This document shows, piece by piece, positions 1-9,248 of a stretch of 64,000 bases of DNA. The DNA is taken from the NCBI GenBank assembly GCA_965248575.1, contig CBDFJQ010000002.1, positions 2,272,001 through 2,336,000 of the forward strand, given 5' to 3'. The notes under the pieces are model-generated. The model worked only from the letters and a program-made list of their open reading frames with translations. It was not told the DNA's origin and did no database searches. The translations under genes were made by a program, and so were the position numbers. Each line of letters starts with the position of its first letter. The first letter of the stretch is position 1. The DNA is from Planctomycetota bacterium (GTDB lineage Bacteria; Planctomycetota; B15-G4).

Positions 1-1
1 C

Positions 2-313
2 AAGTCGGCGACCCTGGCTCTCAACGGCCTGCGCGGCGACACGGTCTTCGCGCTCCTGTCACCGGTCACGGGGCTCTCACCAGTCGTCGAGCTGCAGGGC
101 ATGTCCCTGTTGGACGCCGCGCTCTCCGTCGGTCCGCTGCTCGTGGGAGTCATCCCCGCCGGGGGATCGCTGTCTGTCGGGGTCGCGGCGCCGAGGCTCC
201 CGCCGGGCGTCGACGGCACTGTGGTGCTGCTTCAATCCGTGTTCGTCGGCGCCGACGGCGTTTCGTCGCTCGGCCCCGGAACCAGCGTGGTCGTGCTGGA
301 CGAGGATCTCTGA
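2..313 (+). CDS. 3' end of a secreted/surface protein (partial; C-terminal beta-rich module)
   Basis: The frame is open from base 2 to TGA 311-313 (KSATLALNGLRGDTVFALLS...VVLLQSVFVGADGVSSLGPGTSVVVLDEDL). It resembles the C-terminus of 34533..35369. Confidence 0.65.
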   Translation, partial: KSATLALNGLRGDTVFALLSPVTGLSPVVELQGMSLLDAALSVGPLLVGVIPAGGSLSVGVAAPRLPPGVDGTVVLLQSVFVGADGVSSLGPGTSVVVLDEDL

Positions 314-496
314 GGGGCGACCGGCGCCATGTCGCGGCATTGGCGGATGGGGCACTGGCCGTGCTTTATCTCGGGGACGTGCGGTCGTAGGGTGTCCTCC
401 TGATCTCCCCGGCGGCATCGGGTTCGACAGTGGCGGGACGCGGGATCCGCTGCGTGGCTCCGTGGCAAAACCTTCTCTTTGGAGTAAGTGCTCAGC

Positions 497-2851
497 ATGA
501 GCGACGCGCAAGGCGGGACCGGCGAAGTGAGTGACGCCGGGAGTGGGCCCTTCTCATCGGACCTCGGGCCGGCTGTGAACCTCAAGCGGCTGTGGTGGGC
601 GTTGGCCTTGCTGTTGCTTGCGTCCTTCGGGGCGCTGATCTACTACGGCGGAGAGCTGTACCAGCAGGCGCCGCCGATCCCCGAGACCGTGCTCATCGAA
701 GGCGGCGAGGTGTTGTTCACGGGCGATGACATTCGCGCTGGGCAGGACGTGTGGCGCGCGATGGGAGGTCAGGAGCTGGGCTCGGTCTGGGGCCACGGTG
801 CCTACACCGCTCCGGACTGGACGGCCGACTGGGTGCACCGCGAGGCCACGTGGCTCCTGGAACACTGGGCCACCGAGAGCGGGGCAGGCAGCTACGGGTC
901 GCTGGATGTCGAGGCACAGGCCAGCTTGCAGGCGCGGCTTCAGGTCGAGGTACGGACCAACCGCTACGACGCTGAGAGCGGCACGCTGACGATCTCGCCC
1001 GTGCGCAACCAGGCCATCGCGACCATCCGTGAATACCACCGGCATCTGTTTGGCGACCACCCCGATTACGCAGGCATGCGTGAGAGCTACGCCATGCCGG
1101 AGCGCACCGTGGCGTCGGATGCGAACACGGACAAGCTGACGGCCTTCTTCTTCTGGGCGTCCTGGGCCTGCGTCACCGAGCGCCCGGGCATGGAGATCAG
1201 CTACACGCACAACTGGCCGCCGGACGAGTTGGTCGGCAACCGTCCGACAGGGACCATCATCGTGGTCTCGGTGATCAGCTTCGTGCTGTTGCTCGGCGGG
1301 ATCGGCGCGCTGGCCTGGTGGTACGCGGCCACACGCCGTCGCTGGCAGGACACGCACGTCTCGCCGCCCACTGACCCGCTGCTGGACTTGAAGGTCACGC
1401 CTTCGATGCGCGCGACACTCAAGTACTTCTGGGTCGTGGGTGCGCTGCTCGTGGTGCAGATGATCACGGGCGTGGTGGCGGCGCACTACGGCGTGGAAGG
1501 CAACGGCTTTTATGGCATTCCGCTCTCGGAGTGGGTGCCCTACAGCCTGGCCCGCACCTGGCACACGCAGCTGGGTGTGCTCTGGATCGCGACCTCGTGG
1601 CTGGCCACGGGGCTCTTCCTGGCGCCTGCTGTCTCCGGTCATGAGCCGAAGTTCCAGCGCTTCGGCGTCAACTTCCTGTTCATCTGCCTGGTGATCATCG
1701 TGGGCGGGTCCATGACGGGTCAGGCGCTCGCGATCCACCACCACATCACGGATGGGGAGACCAACTTCTGGTTCGGTCACCAGGGCTTCGAGTACGTGGA
1801 CCTCGGCCGCTTCTGGCAGATCTTCCTGCTGGTCGGGCTGTTCGTCTGGCTGGGGCTGATGGTGCGGGCACTGCTGCCGGCGCTGAAGACGGCCACCGGT
1901 GCCAACAAGCAACTGCTGCTCCTGTTCACGCTTTCGTCCGGCGCGATCGCCCTCTTCTATGGGGCGGGACTGATGTGGGGGCAGCACACCAACCTGGCCA
2001 TCGCCGAGTACTGGCGCTGGTGGGTGGTGCACCTGTGGGTGGAGGGTTTCTTCGAGGTCTTCGCCGTGGTGGTCTTGGCGTTCCTGTTCGTGCGCCTGGG
2101 ATTGCTGCAAGTGCGCACGGCGACGGCAGCGGCGCTCTTCACGGCCATCCTTTATATGCTGGGTGGCGTGCTCGGCATGTTCCACCACCTCTACTTCTCG
2201 GGCACCACGCCGATCATCATCGCCTTGGGCGGGACCTTCTCGGCGCTCGAGCTGATGCCCCTGGTGCTGATTGGCTACGAGGCCTGCGAGAACCTCTCGA
2301 TGCTGCGGGGGACCGCCTGGGCCAAGCACTACAAGTGGCCCATCTACTGGTTCATCGCCGTGGCCTTCTGGAACCTGGTCGGCGCGGGCCTCTTCGGTTT
2401 CCTGATCAACCCGCCCATCGCGCTCTACTACATGCAGGGGCTGAACACGACCGCGGTCCATGCCCACACGGCGCTCTTCGGCGTCTACGGGATGCTGGGC
2501 ATCGGGTTGACGCTCTTCTGTCTGCGCGGCCTCTTCATGCGGCAGCAATGGAAGACCGGCGTGCTGGGCTTCGCCTTCTGGTCGATGAACATCGGCTTGC
2601 TGCTGATGGTCATCCTGAGCCTGCTTCCGGTAGGCCTGGCGCAGACCTGGGCCAGCGTGGAGTCGGGCATGTGGTACGCCCGTAGCGAGGAGTTCATGCA
2701 GACCCCGACGATGGAATGGCTGCGCTGGTTGCGCGCTCCGGGAGACACGCTCTTCGCCATCGGCATCCTGGCGGTGGGCTGGTTCGTCGTGGGCTTGTCG
2801 ACGGGCTGGTCGCTCAAGGGTGAGCGGGATGACTTGAAGGAGGCCGAGTGA
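497..2851 (+). CDS. norB: Quinol-dependent nitric oxide reductase (qNor, single-subunit NorB/NorZ)
   Basis: Motifs GSVWGHGAY, HYGVEG, RTWHTQ, WWVVHLWVEGFFE, GMFHHLYF, SALE, HAHTALFG, RAPGD; many TM helices; no CxxCH. Start is ATG 497 or GTG 488. Confidence 0.96.
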   Translation: MSDAQGGTGEVSDAGSGPFSSDLGPAVNLKRLWWALALLLLASFGALIYYGGELYQQAPPIPETVLIEGGEVLFTGDDIRAGQDVWRAMGGQELGSVWGHGAYTAPDWTADWVHREATWLLEHWATESGAGSYGSLDVEAQASLQARLQVEVRTNRYDAESGTLTISPVRNQAIATIREYHRHLFGDHPDYAGMRESYAMPERTVASDANTDKLTAFFFWASWACVTERPGMEISYTHNWPPDELVGNRPTGTIIVVSVISFVLLLGGIGALAWWYAATRRRWQDTHVSPPTDPLLDLKVTPSMRATLKYFWVVGALLVVQMITGVVAAHYGVEGNGFYGIPLSEWVPYSLARTWHTQLGVLWIATSWLATGLFLAPAVSGHEPKFQRFGVNFLFICLVIIVGGSMTGQALAIHHHITDGETNFWFGHQGFEYVDLGRFWQIFLLVGLFVWLGLMVRALLPALKTATGANKQLLLLFTLSSGAIALFYGAGLMWGQHTNLAIAEYWRWWVVHLWVEGFFEVFAVVVLAFLFVRLGLLQVRTATAAALFTAILYMLGGVLGMFHHLYFSGTTPIIIALGGTFSALELMPLVLIGYEACENLSMLRGTAWAKHYKWPIYWFIAVAFWNLVGAGLFGFLINPPIALYYMQGLNTTAVHAHTALFGVYGMLGIGLTLFCLRGLFMRQQWKTGVLGFAFWSMNIGLLLMVILSLLPVGLAQTWASVESGMWYARSEEFMQTPTMEWLRWLRAPGDTLFAIGILAVGWFVVGLSTGWSLKGERDDLKEAE

Positions 2852-3110
2852 GGATCAGCGCGGCACTGTGGATCAGCTTGTTGAACTTGACCAATGGATA
2901 CGCCGCCAGAGGCATGTTCTTCCTTGGATGCTACCCGATCGATCTTGGGTGCTCGCGCCCACGAACCTTCCCTCCACAGGGCGCCGTCACGAGCGCCAAA
3001 GGGCGGCCTGCCGCTCCGGCGCGTCCGGCGGGTCACATCCCCGCGCCACATCGGAGCGTCCAGGTACATGCTTTGAGCTAGACCGTCGAGCTGCCCGCCC
3101 TCGGACACGT

Positions 3111-4385
3111 TCAGCTCGCTGGGCTGGAACTGTCGGCTCCCTCGTCCCGCGCCGACATCCGAGGCGGCTCGCGGTGCAACACGTAGTCACCGTTGACCAC
3201 GGCGATCGCGAGCCGTGAGCCCAGCGTGAACATCAGCGCTCCGATGCCGAAGATGCCGGCGCTGACGAGGAACTCGGTGGATGTCGGTGAGTACTCGTAG
3301 ATCTCGCCGAGCACCGATGGCGTGAAGCCCGGCACGACGAGCCCCATGCCCTTCTCGATGTAGACGCCCGACCAGATGAGCGCGCAGCCCAGGTTCAGGG
3401 TGACCACGTTCTTGCGCGTCCACGGCACGAGGAACAGCACGAACGCCACGATGCTCGCTCCCACGCTTAGCCAGGCCCAGCCCACGAGCGTGGTGTGCCC
3501 GTCGAGTCCGAAATAGAGGTAGCGCATGTGCATCAGGTGATGCGTGTCGGAGTACCACTCCGTGAACACCTCGGCCAACAACAGGAAGAGGTTCAGGAAC
3601 ATCGCGTAGGCCATCAGTTCGGCGATTTTCCAGATCGCCTCGCGCTTGATGTCCAGACGCGATGTCTTTCGCAGGATCTGGAGCAGGACGATCATGATCG
3701 CGGGCCCGCTGCAGAATGCCGAGGCGAGAAAGCGCGGCGCGAGGATCGCCGCGTTCCAGTACGGCCGGCCCGGGAGGCCCGTGTAGATGAACGCCGTGAC
3801 CGTGTGGATGCCAACCGCCACCGGAATGGAGAACAGAACCATGGGCATGAAGATGTTCTTGTTCGGCTCGCGACGCCAATAGAGGCTCGTCAGCAGATAG
3901 GTCACAACCACCACGTTCAACATGAAGTAGAGGTTGAGTGCCAGCACGTCCCAAGCCAGCAGCGAGCTCGGCAGGTTCAGCGACCCGATGAACGGCATGA
4001 CGTGCAAGAGTCGATCCGGGCGCCCCATGTCGACCATGACGAACAACATGCACATGGCCAGCGCGGAGATGGCCATCACCTCGCCGAGGATCACGATCTC
4101 CTTGATGGGCTTCCAGTGATACACGTACGCGGGGATCACCAGAACGACCGCAGCAGCGGCCACGCCCACCAGGAACGTAAAGTTGCCGATGTAGTAGCCC
4201 CACGAGACCGGGTCACGGAGGTTCGTGACGATCAGGCCGGCCTCCAGCTGTCGCCCGTATGCGGCGGCGCCCAAGCCGATGAGCGCGAACAGGACGGCCA
4301 GAAAGGCGTAGTACAACGGCGAGCCGACGCAGATGATCCGCACGGCGCCCGTGAAGAACTCGAGTGTGTCTCGGAAGGGTCTCAT
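3111..4385 (-). CDS. NrfD/PsrC/DsrP-family integral membrane quinol-interacting subunit
   Basis: About 10 TM segments; WGYYIGNFTFLVGVAA, DMGRPDR, HTVTAF, APRFLASAF, IEKGMG. ATGA overlap with the upstream Fe-S gene. Confidence 0.9.
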   Translation of the reverse strand: MRPFRDTLEFFTGAVRIICVGSPLYYAFLAVLFALIGLGAAAYGRQLEAGLIVTNLRDPVSWGYYIGNFTFLVGVAAAAVVLVIPAYVYHWKPIKEIVILGEVMAISALAMCMLFVMVDMGRPDRLLHVMPFIGSLNLPSSLLAWDVLALNLYFMLNVVVVTYLLTSLYWRREPNKNIFMPMVLFSIPVAVGIHTVTAFIYTGLPGRPYWNAAILAPRFLASAFCSGPAIMIVLLQILRKTSRLDIKREAIWKIAELMAYAMFLNLFLLLAEVFTEWYSDTHHLMHMRYLYFGLDGHTTLVGWAWLSVGASIVAFVLFLVPWTRKNVVTLNLGCALIWSGVYIEKGMGLVVPGFTPSVLGEIYEYSPTSTEFLVSAGIFGIGALMFTLGSRLAIAVVNGDYVLHREPPRMSARDEGADSSSPAS

Positions 4386-5293
4386 CCGTAGAAGTAGAAG
4401 AACTTGGGTTGAGTGTTGAGGTCTTCCTTCAGCACGAAGACCCGCTTCTGATCGAGAAGTGTTCGTATCTCCGAGTCAGGGTCGAGCAGGTTGCCGAACT
4501 TGCGGGCGCCCGTCGGGCACGCCTCGAGGCACGCGGGATAGCGACCGGCGCGCGTGCGCTGGACACAGAAGCTGCACTTCTCGACGACGCCACGCGGGCG
4601 CGGCCGGTTACCGAGCACGTGCATGTCGGGGTTCAGTTCGTCGGCGGGGACATTCGGCTCGCACCAGTTGAAGTGCCGCGCGCCGTATGGGCAGGCCGAC
4701 ATGCAACAGCGACACCCGATGCACCAGTCGTAGTCGATGACCACGATCCCGTCGCGTTCCTTCCAGGTGGCCTGGACAGGGCAGACCTTGACGCACGGGG
4801 GGGTCTCGCATTGCTGGCACTGCACGGGCACGTAGAACTTGCCCGGCGCCGGAACGATCTTGGGGTTGAAGTAGGCGTCGGCATGCGTGAAGTCGATGCC
4901 GTGCTCCTTGTCCATTTCCAGCACGGTGATCCAGTGGATTGGGTTGCTGTGCGCGCCCTCCGGCTCGTGGCGTGACTGGTTGTTCTCCTCGACACACGCA
5001 TGGATGCACGCGCGGTTGCCGTTGCAGCGGGACAGGTCGAGCCCGTATCCGAACAGGACGCCCTCCCGCGGCGGTGTCGCGTTGACGTCTACGTCGCGCC
5101 CAAACTTCTCCTTGTACTGCGCCTCGAGCGCCGTGAGGAACGTAGTCAACTCGCGCGGGGTCATCTCGCGCAGGCGCGTCTTCATGAATTGCTCGAGGTC
5201 CATCTTCGAGCACCCCGTGGCGGCCAGCGCAGCGCCGGCAGCCGCGGCGGCGATGCCCGTCATGAACCCCCTGCGCGTGGAGTCGCCCGTCAT
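4382..5293 (-). CDS. Tat-exported NrfC/DsrO-type multi-[4Fe-4S] electron transfer subunit
   Basis: Start reassigned to ATG 5293 (MTGDSTRRGFMTG twin-Arg signal; ATGA overlap). Cys motifs CNGNRACIHAC, CQQCETPPCVKVCP, CIGCRCCMSACPY, CSFC...PACLEACP. Confidence 0.92.
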   Translation of the reverse strand: MTGDSTRRGFMTGIAAAAAGAALAATGCSKMDLEQFMKTRLREMTPRELTTFLTALEAQYKEKFGRDVDVNATPPREGVLFGYGLDLSRCNGNRACIHACVEENNQSRHEPEGAHSNPIHWITVLEMDKEHGIDFTHADAYFNPKIVPAPGKFYVPVQCQQCETPPCVKVCPVQATWKERDGIVVIDYDWCIGCRCCMSACPYGARHFNWCEPNVPADELNPDMHVLGNRPRPRGVVEKCSFCVQRTRAGRYPACLEACPTGARKFGNLLDPDSEIRTLLDQKRVFVLKEDLNTQPKFFYFYG

Positions 5294-6279
5294 CGGATGG
5301 CCTCCGGACGCGGAGGTGCTGCGTAGGGCTCCATCTTGGGGAACCCCGGATTGTGGGGATCGTTGTGGCAGTGCACACACAACAAGTACTGATGGTCGCC
5401 GTCCCAGCGACCGACGCGCTTCCCGTGCAGTCCCACGCGCCAGTCTCGCAAGCGCGTGCCGTGGCACTGCCCGCAGAGTCGGTAGGACTCTGCAAACGGA
5501 ACGGTCGTCCCGCTCGCGAGCCGCAACGAGTCACGGTCCGCGACGTCGTGGCAGTCGTAGCAGCCGCCGATGCCCTCACCATGGTGCAACTCGATCTCGG
5601 AGTGTTGATTCTCACGGATCTCCGTGTGGCACGTCGAGCAATCGTTCTTCGCGGCCAGTCGCTGGTGGCAGTTCACGCACTTTGTCATGAGCGCGACAGG
5701 CTGCGGCCGCTTGAAGGGCTCCTCGCCGTGGCACTGCGTGCAGCTGATGTCGATCGCCAGGTGACCCGCGTGGTCGGGATCAACGTCCGCCGTCTCCCAG
5801 CGGTGGGGGATCACGAGTTCATCCGCGTCCCCACGATGAGCCTCGAAGTAGTCGGCGACCGCTGGCCGCACGTCCACCGTCCCGACCGGGTGGCATTGGA
5901 AGCATATCTCCGGGCGAGCGCGCGACGCAGGCTCTCCGTGACAGGTCACGCAGTCCATGCCCGCGTCCCAGTGCATCTGGTGTTCGAAGAATGGCCCGTC
6001 CTCCTCCCGGACCCCCTCGGTCGAGTGGCAACGCGAACACGGAAAGATGCCCTCCGTGAAAGGCGGAGGCGCGACGATCGGCGTCCCCACGTCTTCCTGC
6101 GCGACGTGCTCGACGGCGACCACTTCGGTCGGCAGCACCTGAATGACCCGAACAGCCTGCGCAAGGGAGACGCGATCCGCCCGGTCGAGGGCGCCGAGGG
6201 CAGCGCCTGACGTCTGGGGAGCGCACGCAATGGCCACGGTCAAGCATGCCCAGCCGACTCTCTCGTGCGAGCTCCACAT
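5290..6279 (-). CDS. Multiheme (9 CxxCH) c-type cytochrome
   Basis: CSRCH, CVTCH, CFQCH, CTQCH, CVNCH, CSTCH, CYDCH, CGQCH, CVHCH; hydrophobic N-terminus (AIAC is a possible lipobox). Confidence 0.9.
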   Translation of the reverse strand: MWSSHERVGWACLTVAIACAPQTSGAALGALDRADRVSLAQAVRVIQVLPTEVVAVEHVAQEDVGTPIVAPPPFTEGIFPCSRCHSTEGVREEDGPFFEHQMHWDAGMDCVTCHGEPASRARPEICFQCHPVGTVDVRPAVADYFEAHRGDADELVIPHRWETADVDPDHAGHLAIDISCTQCHGEEPFKRPQPVALMTKCVNCHQRLAAKNDCSTCHTEIRENQHSEIELHHGEGIGGCYDCHDVADRDSLRLASGTTVPFAESYRLCGQCHGTRLRDWRVGLHGKRVGRWDGDHQYLLCVHCHNDPHNPGFPKMEPYAAPPRPEAIR

Positions 6280-6789
6280 GACTGCGTGGCTCTGAGGGTT
6301 GCAGACGTGGTCCGCCCCAGTTCTTCGATCCGCGTGCGCGATACTACAGCGAGGAGTCGTCTAGTCCCGGGTGAAATGGGCAACTGCGCCCTGTTCGACG
6401 CCCGTCTGCGCACTCTTGACCGAGACGCGCTCGCACTCAGATCCGTTGCGGTGGATCGGGTTGGAGTCACCCAGAACTCCGCGACGCCGCCTTGCTCCCA
6501 CATGTGTACACCGGACCGTCGCTCGCAGAGTCATTCATGCGACATGAGCCGAACGCGCGCGATCCCGACCGGATGTCCCGAGCCCATTCCTGTCGGTCCC
6601 GGAAACCTGATCCGCGCCCCTGATCCCTGATCATCGAGACTGACCGACACGATCTCGGGGTTCGAGTCACCGCGCCACCCCTGCCTACCGGGGTGCGCGC
6701 GGAATGGAGGAAGTGCTCCACTTGATGCCTTGCCAGATGGAGTTTGTGAAGTTGCTGACGCCCCATGCGTCCGAGTATCGTCTCGCTCC

Positions 6790-8037
6790 ATGACGACCGA
6801 CGATGGAAGGGTGCCTGAAGCAACGGGTGAGAGCTCCCCGGGTCGGAAGTGGGTCGGCAAGCTGTTGCTCTTCGTGACCAGCCTCGGACTGAGCCTGCTG
6901 CTTGCAGACTTCATTCTGCGTGAGCTGAACCCCCAAGCGGATAACAAGCAGGCCTCGGTCTACGCGCCAGACGCACGGCTGCTGTATCGCATGGTGCCAG
7001 GGACGTCGAAGATCTTCCGCCACAAGCCCGAGAACGGTTCAGCGGAAGTGCACGTGCGCGTCAACAAGCATGGTTTTCGAGGTGACGACTTTGCCTTGGA
7101 GACGCAGCAGCCTCGCATCGTTGTCTACGGCGATTCCTTCATCGCGGGTGAGTTCTCTCCCCTCGAAGAGACCTTCGTGGAACGCCTGGAAGACAGGCTG
7201 AGCCAAGCCCTAGGTCGTGAAGTGGAATGCATCAACGCGGGAGTGGTGGGTTATGGGCCCGACCAGATGCTGCTGCGTATGGAGGAAGACTCCGACAAGC
7301 TCATGCCAGACCTCATCGTGGTGGCGCTGTTTTCCGGAAATGACTACGGCGACATCGTGCGCAACCGCTTGTTTGGCTTGAATGCCGACGGTTCGCTTCG
7401 CGCGCAGAAGGTGTCGTTCTCGCAGACATGGATTGACTCCTGGGCCCAAGCGGATGAAGGGGGCTTGCTCGACACCCTCAGTGCGCACCGGAAAGCGAAG
7501 ACTTCGCGCAGTGACGAGGGTGTGGCCAACTTGTCACCCCAGGAGTTCATGAAGCGGGCCTTGCGCAACTCAAAGCGGGATCATGCGCGAGCGCTCGCTA
7601 GCAAGGTCGTGGTCCTGAACTCCGTTCAAGCGGACTACTACGACGCAGACCTGGCGATCAGCGCCCAAAAGGATTCGTCGCGTTACAAGCTCCAGCTCAT
7701 GGAGCAAGTGATGCTGGAGTTTGAGCGCAGAGCGTCGGCGCGTGGGATTCCCCTGGTCTTTGTCGGGATTCCCGCACCGATGGATGTCTGCGAGGGCTAC
7801 GAGGTGTCCGTGGATCCCTCAATCTGGCCCAGCTATGAGCCGGATCGACTGTGCCGAGGGCTCGCAGACATCGCGCGTCGAAACGACCTGTGGCACGTCG
7901 ACCTCTTTCCTAGCTTTCACGGCGATGCTTGCGCTTCGATGTTCTTCGGAAATGGCGATCACCATTGGACCGCGGCTGGGCAGGACCTGGCGGCGACCAC
8001 CGTCGCCCAGTCTATCGTTGCGCATGGATGGCCGTAA
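6790..8037 (+). CDS. Membrane-anchored SGNH/GDSL hydrolase-fold protein (AlgJ/AlgX-like)
   Basis: N-terminal TM; SGNH blocks GDSF, NAGVVGYG, GND, DHHW. Start uncertain (6730 or 6790). Confidence 0.8.
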   Translation: MTTDDGRVPEATGESSPGRKWVGKLLLFVTSLGLSLLLADFILRELNPQADNKQASVYAPDARLLYRMVPGTSKIFRHKPENGSAEVHVRVNKHGFRGDDFALETQQPRIVVYGDSFIAGEFSPLEETFVERLEDRLSQALGREVECINAGVVGYGPDQMLLRMEEDSDKLMPDLIVVALFSGNDYGDIVRNRLFGLNADGSLRAQKVSFSQTWIDSWAQADEGGLLDTLSAHRKAKTSRSDEGVANLSPQEFMKRALRNSKRDHARALASKVVVLNSVQADYYDADLAISAQKDSSRYKLQLMEQVMLEFERRASARGIPLVFVGIPAPMDVCEGYEVSVDPSIWPSYEPDRLCRGLADIARRNDLWHVDLFPSFHGDACASMFFGNGDHHWTAAGQDLAATTVAQSIVAHGWP

Positions 8038-8084
8038 GCCAGGGCGCGGAGGTCGCCGGGAACGCACCAAGCACGCTTGCGCGT

Positions 8085-8112
8085 AAAACCGCGGCGCTCG
8101 CGCCGACGTTTT
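8085..8112. terminator. Possible bidirectional intrinsic terminator between convergent genes
   Basis: AAAAC-cg-CGGCG-ctcg-CGCCG-ac-GTTTT between stops at 8037 and 8116. Confidence 0.35.
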
Positions 8113-8115
8113 CGC

Positions 8116-8943
8116 TCACTTCACCCCGGAAGACTCGGGTCTGATGGGTGTGTACTCACTTGAGACCTCATGCTCGAGGTACTGCTGCGCCGCCTGAAGA
8201 ACGGGAGCGTTGTCCTCGAACCGGAGGGGGTAGCTGAGCAGGCGTTCTTGAGCGACCTCGTAGAGTTCGTGGGCCTCCTCAGAAAGCAGCCATTGCGTCA
8301 GGCCGCCGCCAACCTTCGTGTTGGCGTAGGCCGCATCGATGGCAGCCGCGATGGGCGACGTGCTGAGGTCAGAAATCACGGGGCGTGGGTAAGGGCCATA
8401 TCCTGCCGGGAGTGAATCGTAGTCCAAGCGCTCCATGGCTTTGCCAAAGGCCGGGTCAGTCTGGCCGTACACGGTTCGCTCAATGCTCTGCTGGATCATC
8501 ATCCCGGAGCACTGCGCGCAGGGCTCAAGAGAGGTGTAGACGGTGTGTGTTTTTAGATTGTAGGACCTCTTCTTGTTGAGATAGCCGGTCATCAGCCGCA
8601 CTTCGCCGTGCTGAGTGCCGTTGCCGGTGATCTTGTTGCAGTTGCGTCCCCAGTTGACGATGCGGTTCTGGCCGTCCACCAAAACGGCGCCGATGTTGTG
8701 GCCCCGCGGAGTGGCGGTGTCTTTGGTCTGCCAATCCTTGAGCACCACGGCATAGGCGAGCAAACTGAAGATCTCGTCGCGTTCCTCGGCCTCAGATTCA
8801 GCAGTGGCTGTAGACAGCGTGTCCTGGATCGTGCTGGACGCAGCGGCGACTGGAGCAGGCTCTGCGATCTCTCCCCCCGTCGCACTGCACCCAAGGGACA
8901 AGCCCAGAGCCCACAAGCCAATGAGAATTCGAAGAGCCTTCAT
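8116..8943 (-). CDS. Zn-dependent cytidine/adenosine deaminase-fold protein with lipoprotein signal peptide
   Basis: NIGAVLVD, HGEVRLM (HxE), YTSLEPCAQC (PCxxC), VYGQTDP. Start MKALRILIGLWALGLSLGC (ATG 8943, GGAGG upstream) ends in a lipobox. Confidence 0.85.
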   Translation of the reverse strand: MKALRILIGLWALGLSLGCSATGGEIAEPAPVAAASSTIQDTLSTATAESEAEERDEIFSLLAYAVVLKDWQTKDTATPRGHNIGAVLVDGQNRIVNWGRNCNKITGNGTQHGEVRLMTGYLNKKRSYNLKTHTVYTSLEPCAQCSGMMIQQSIERTVYGQTDPAFGKAMERLDYDSLPAGYGPYPRPVISDLSTSPIAAAIDAAYANTKVGGGLTQWLLSEEAHELYEVAQERLLSYPLRFEDNAPVLQAAQQYLEHEVSSEYTPIRPESSGVK

Positions 8944-9248
8944 TCTGAGATTCCTCCTGCAATTGGATCGGGTGAACTGACCCGCAACACCGTGCGGTAC
9001 CTGAACGTCGTGCATCAAGTTCCAACGATTGGGCTTGAACTCAACTGACCAGGCGTCGCCTCCGCCTTTGCTTGGCGCTCAGCCAATCAGTCGAACCCCA
9101 TCCCCTCTCTTCCAAGGCGGCTGACTCTAGCATGAGCACACGACGTGTGCCGAGCCCGCACAGCCCGCGCAGTTGACTGCTGGTTCGCGCCGAACCGGCA
9201 GCGCGACTTGCGCTGTCTGCAAGGTTCACATCGCAGCTGCGGCCAAAC

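Noticed and set aside
314..496. Sigma54/NorR or FNR/DNR sites upstream of qNor
   Set aside because: No correctly spaced GG-N10-GC with TTGC and no TTGAT-N4-ATCAA seen.
554..2548. Long antisense ORFs (also 12478..13938, 14205..15845, 34989..36845, 46556..48214)
   Set aside because: Shadow frames of real genes caused by high GC3; no motifs.
497..2851. Possible NO dismutase (Nod) rather than qNor
   Set aside because: The FeB His ligands (HLWVEG, FHH), the SALE Glu and the quinol-site His/Asp all look canonical.
2852..3110. Small ORFs or ncRNA between qNor and NrfD
   Set aside because: No coding bias, motif or convincing structure.
3111..6279. Dissimilatory sulfite reduction (DsrJOP) or alternative complex III
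   Set aside because: No dsrABMK, and no ActB molybdopterin-like or second NrfD subunit in the locus.
6655..6680. tRNA-like T-arm (GGGGTTCGAGTCACCGCGCCA)
   Set aside because: The T-stem has a mismatch and I could not fold D, anticodon or acceptor arms; no integrase nearby. A tRNA scan would settle it.
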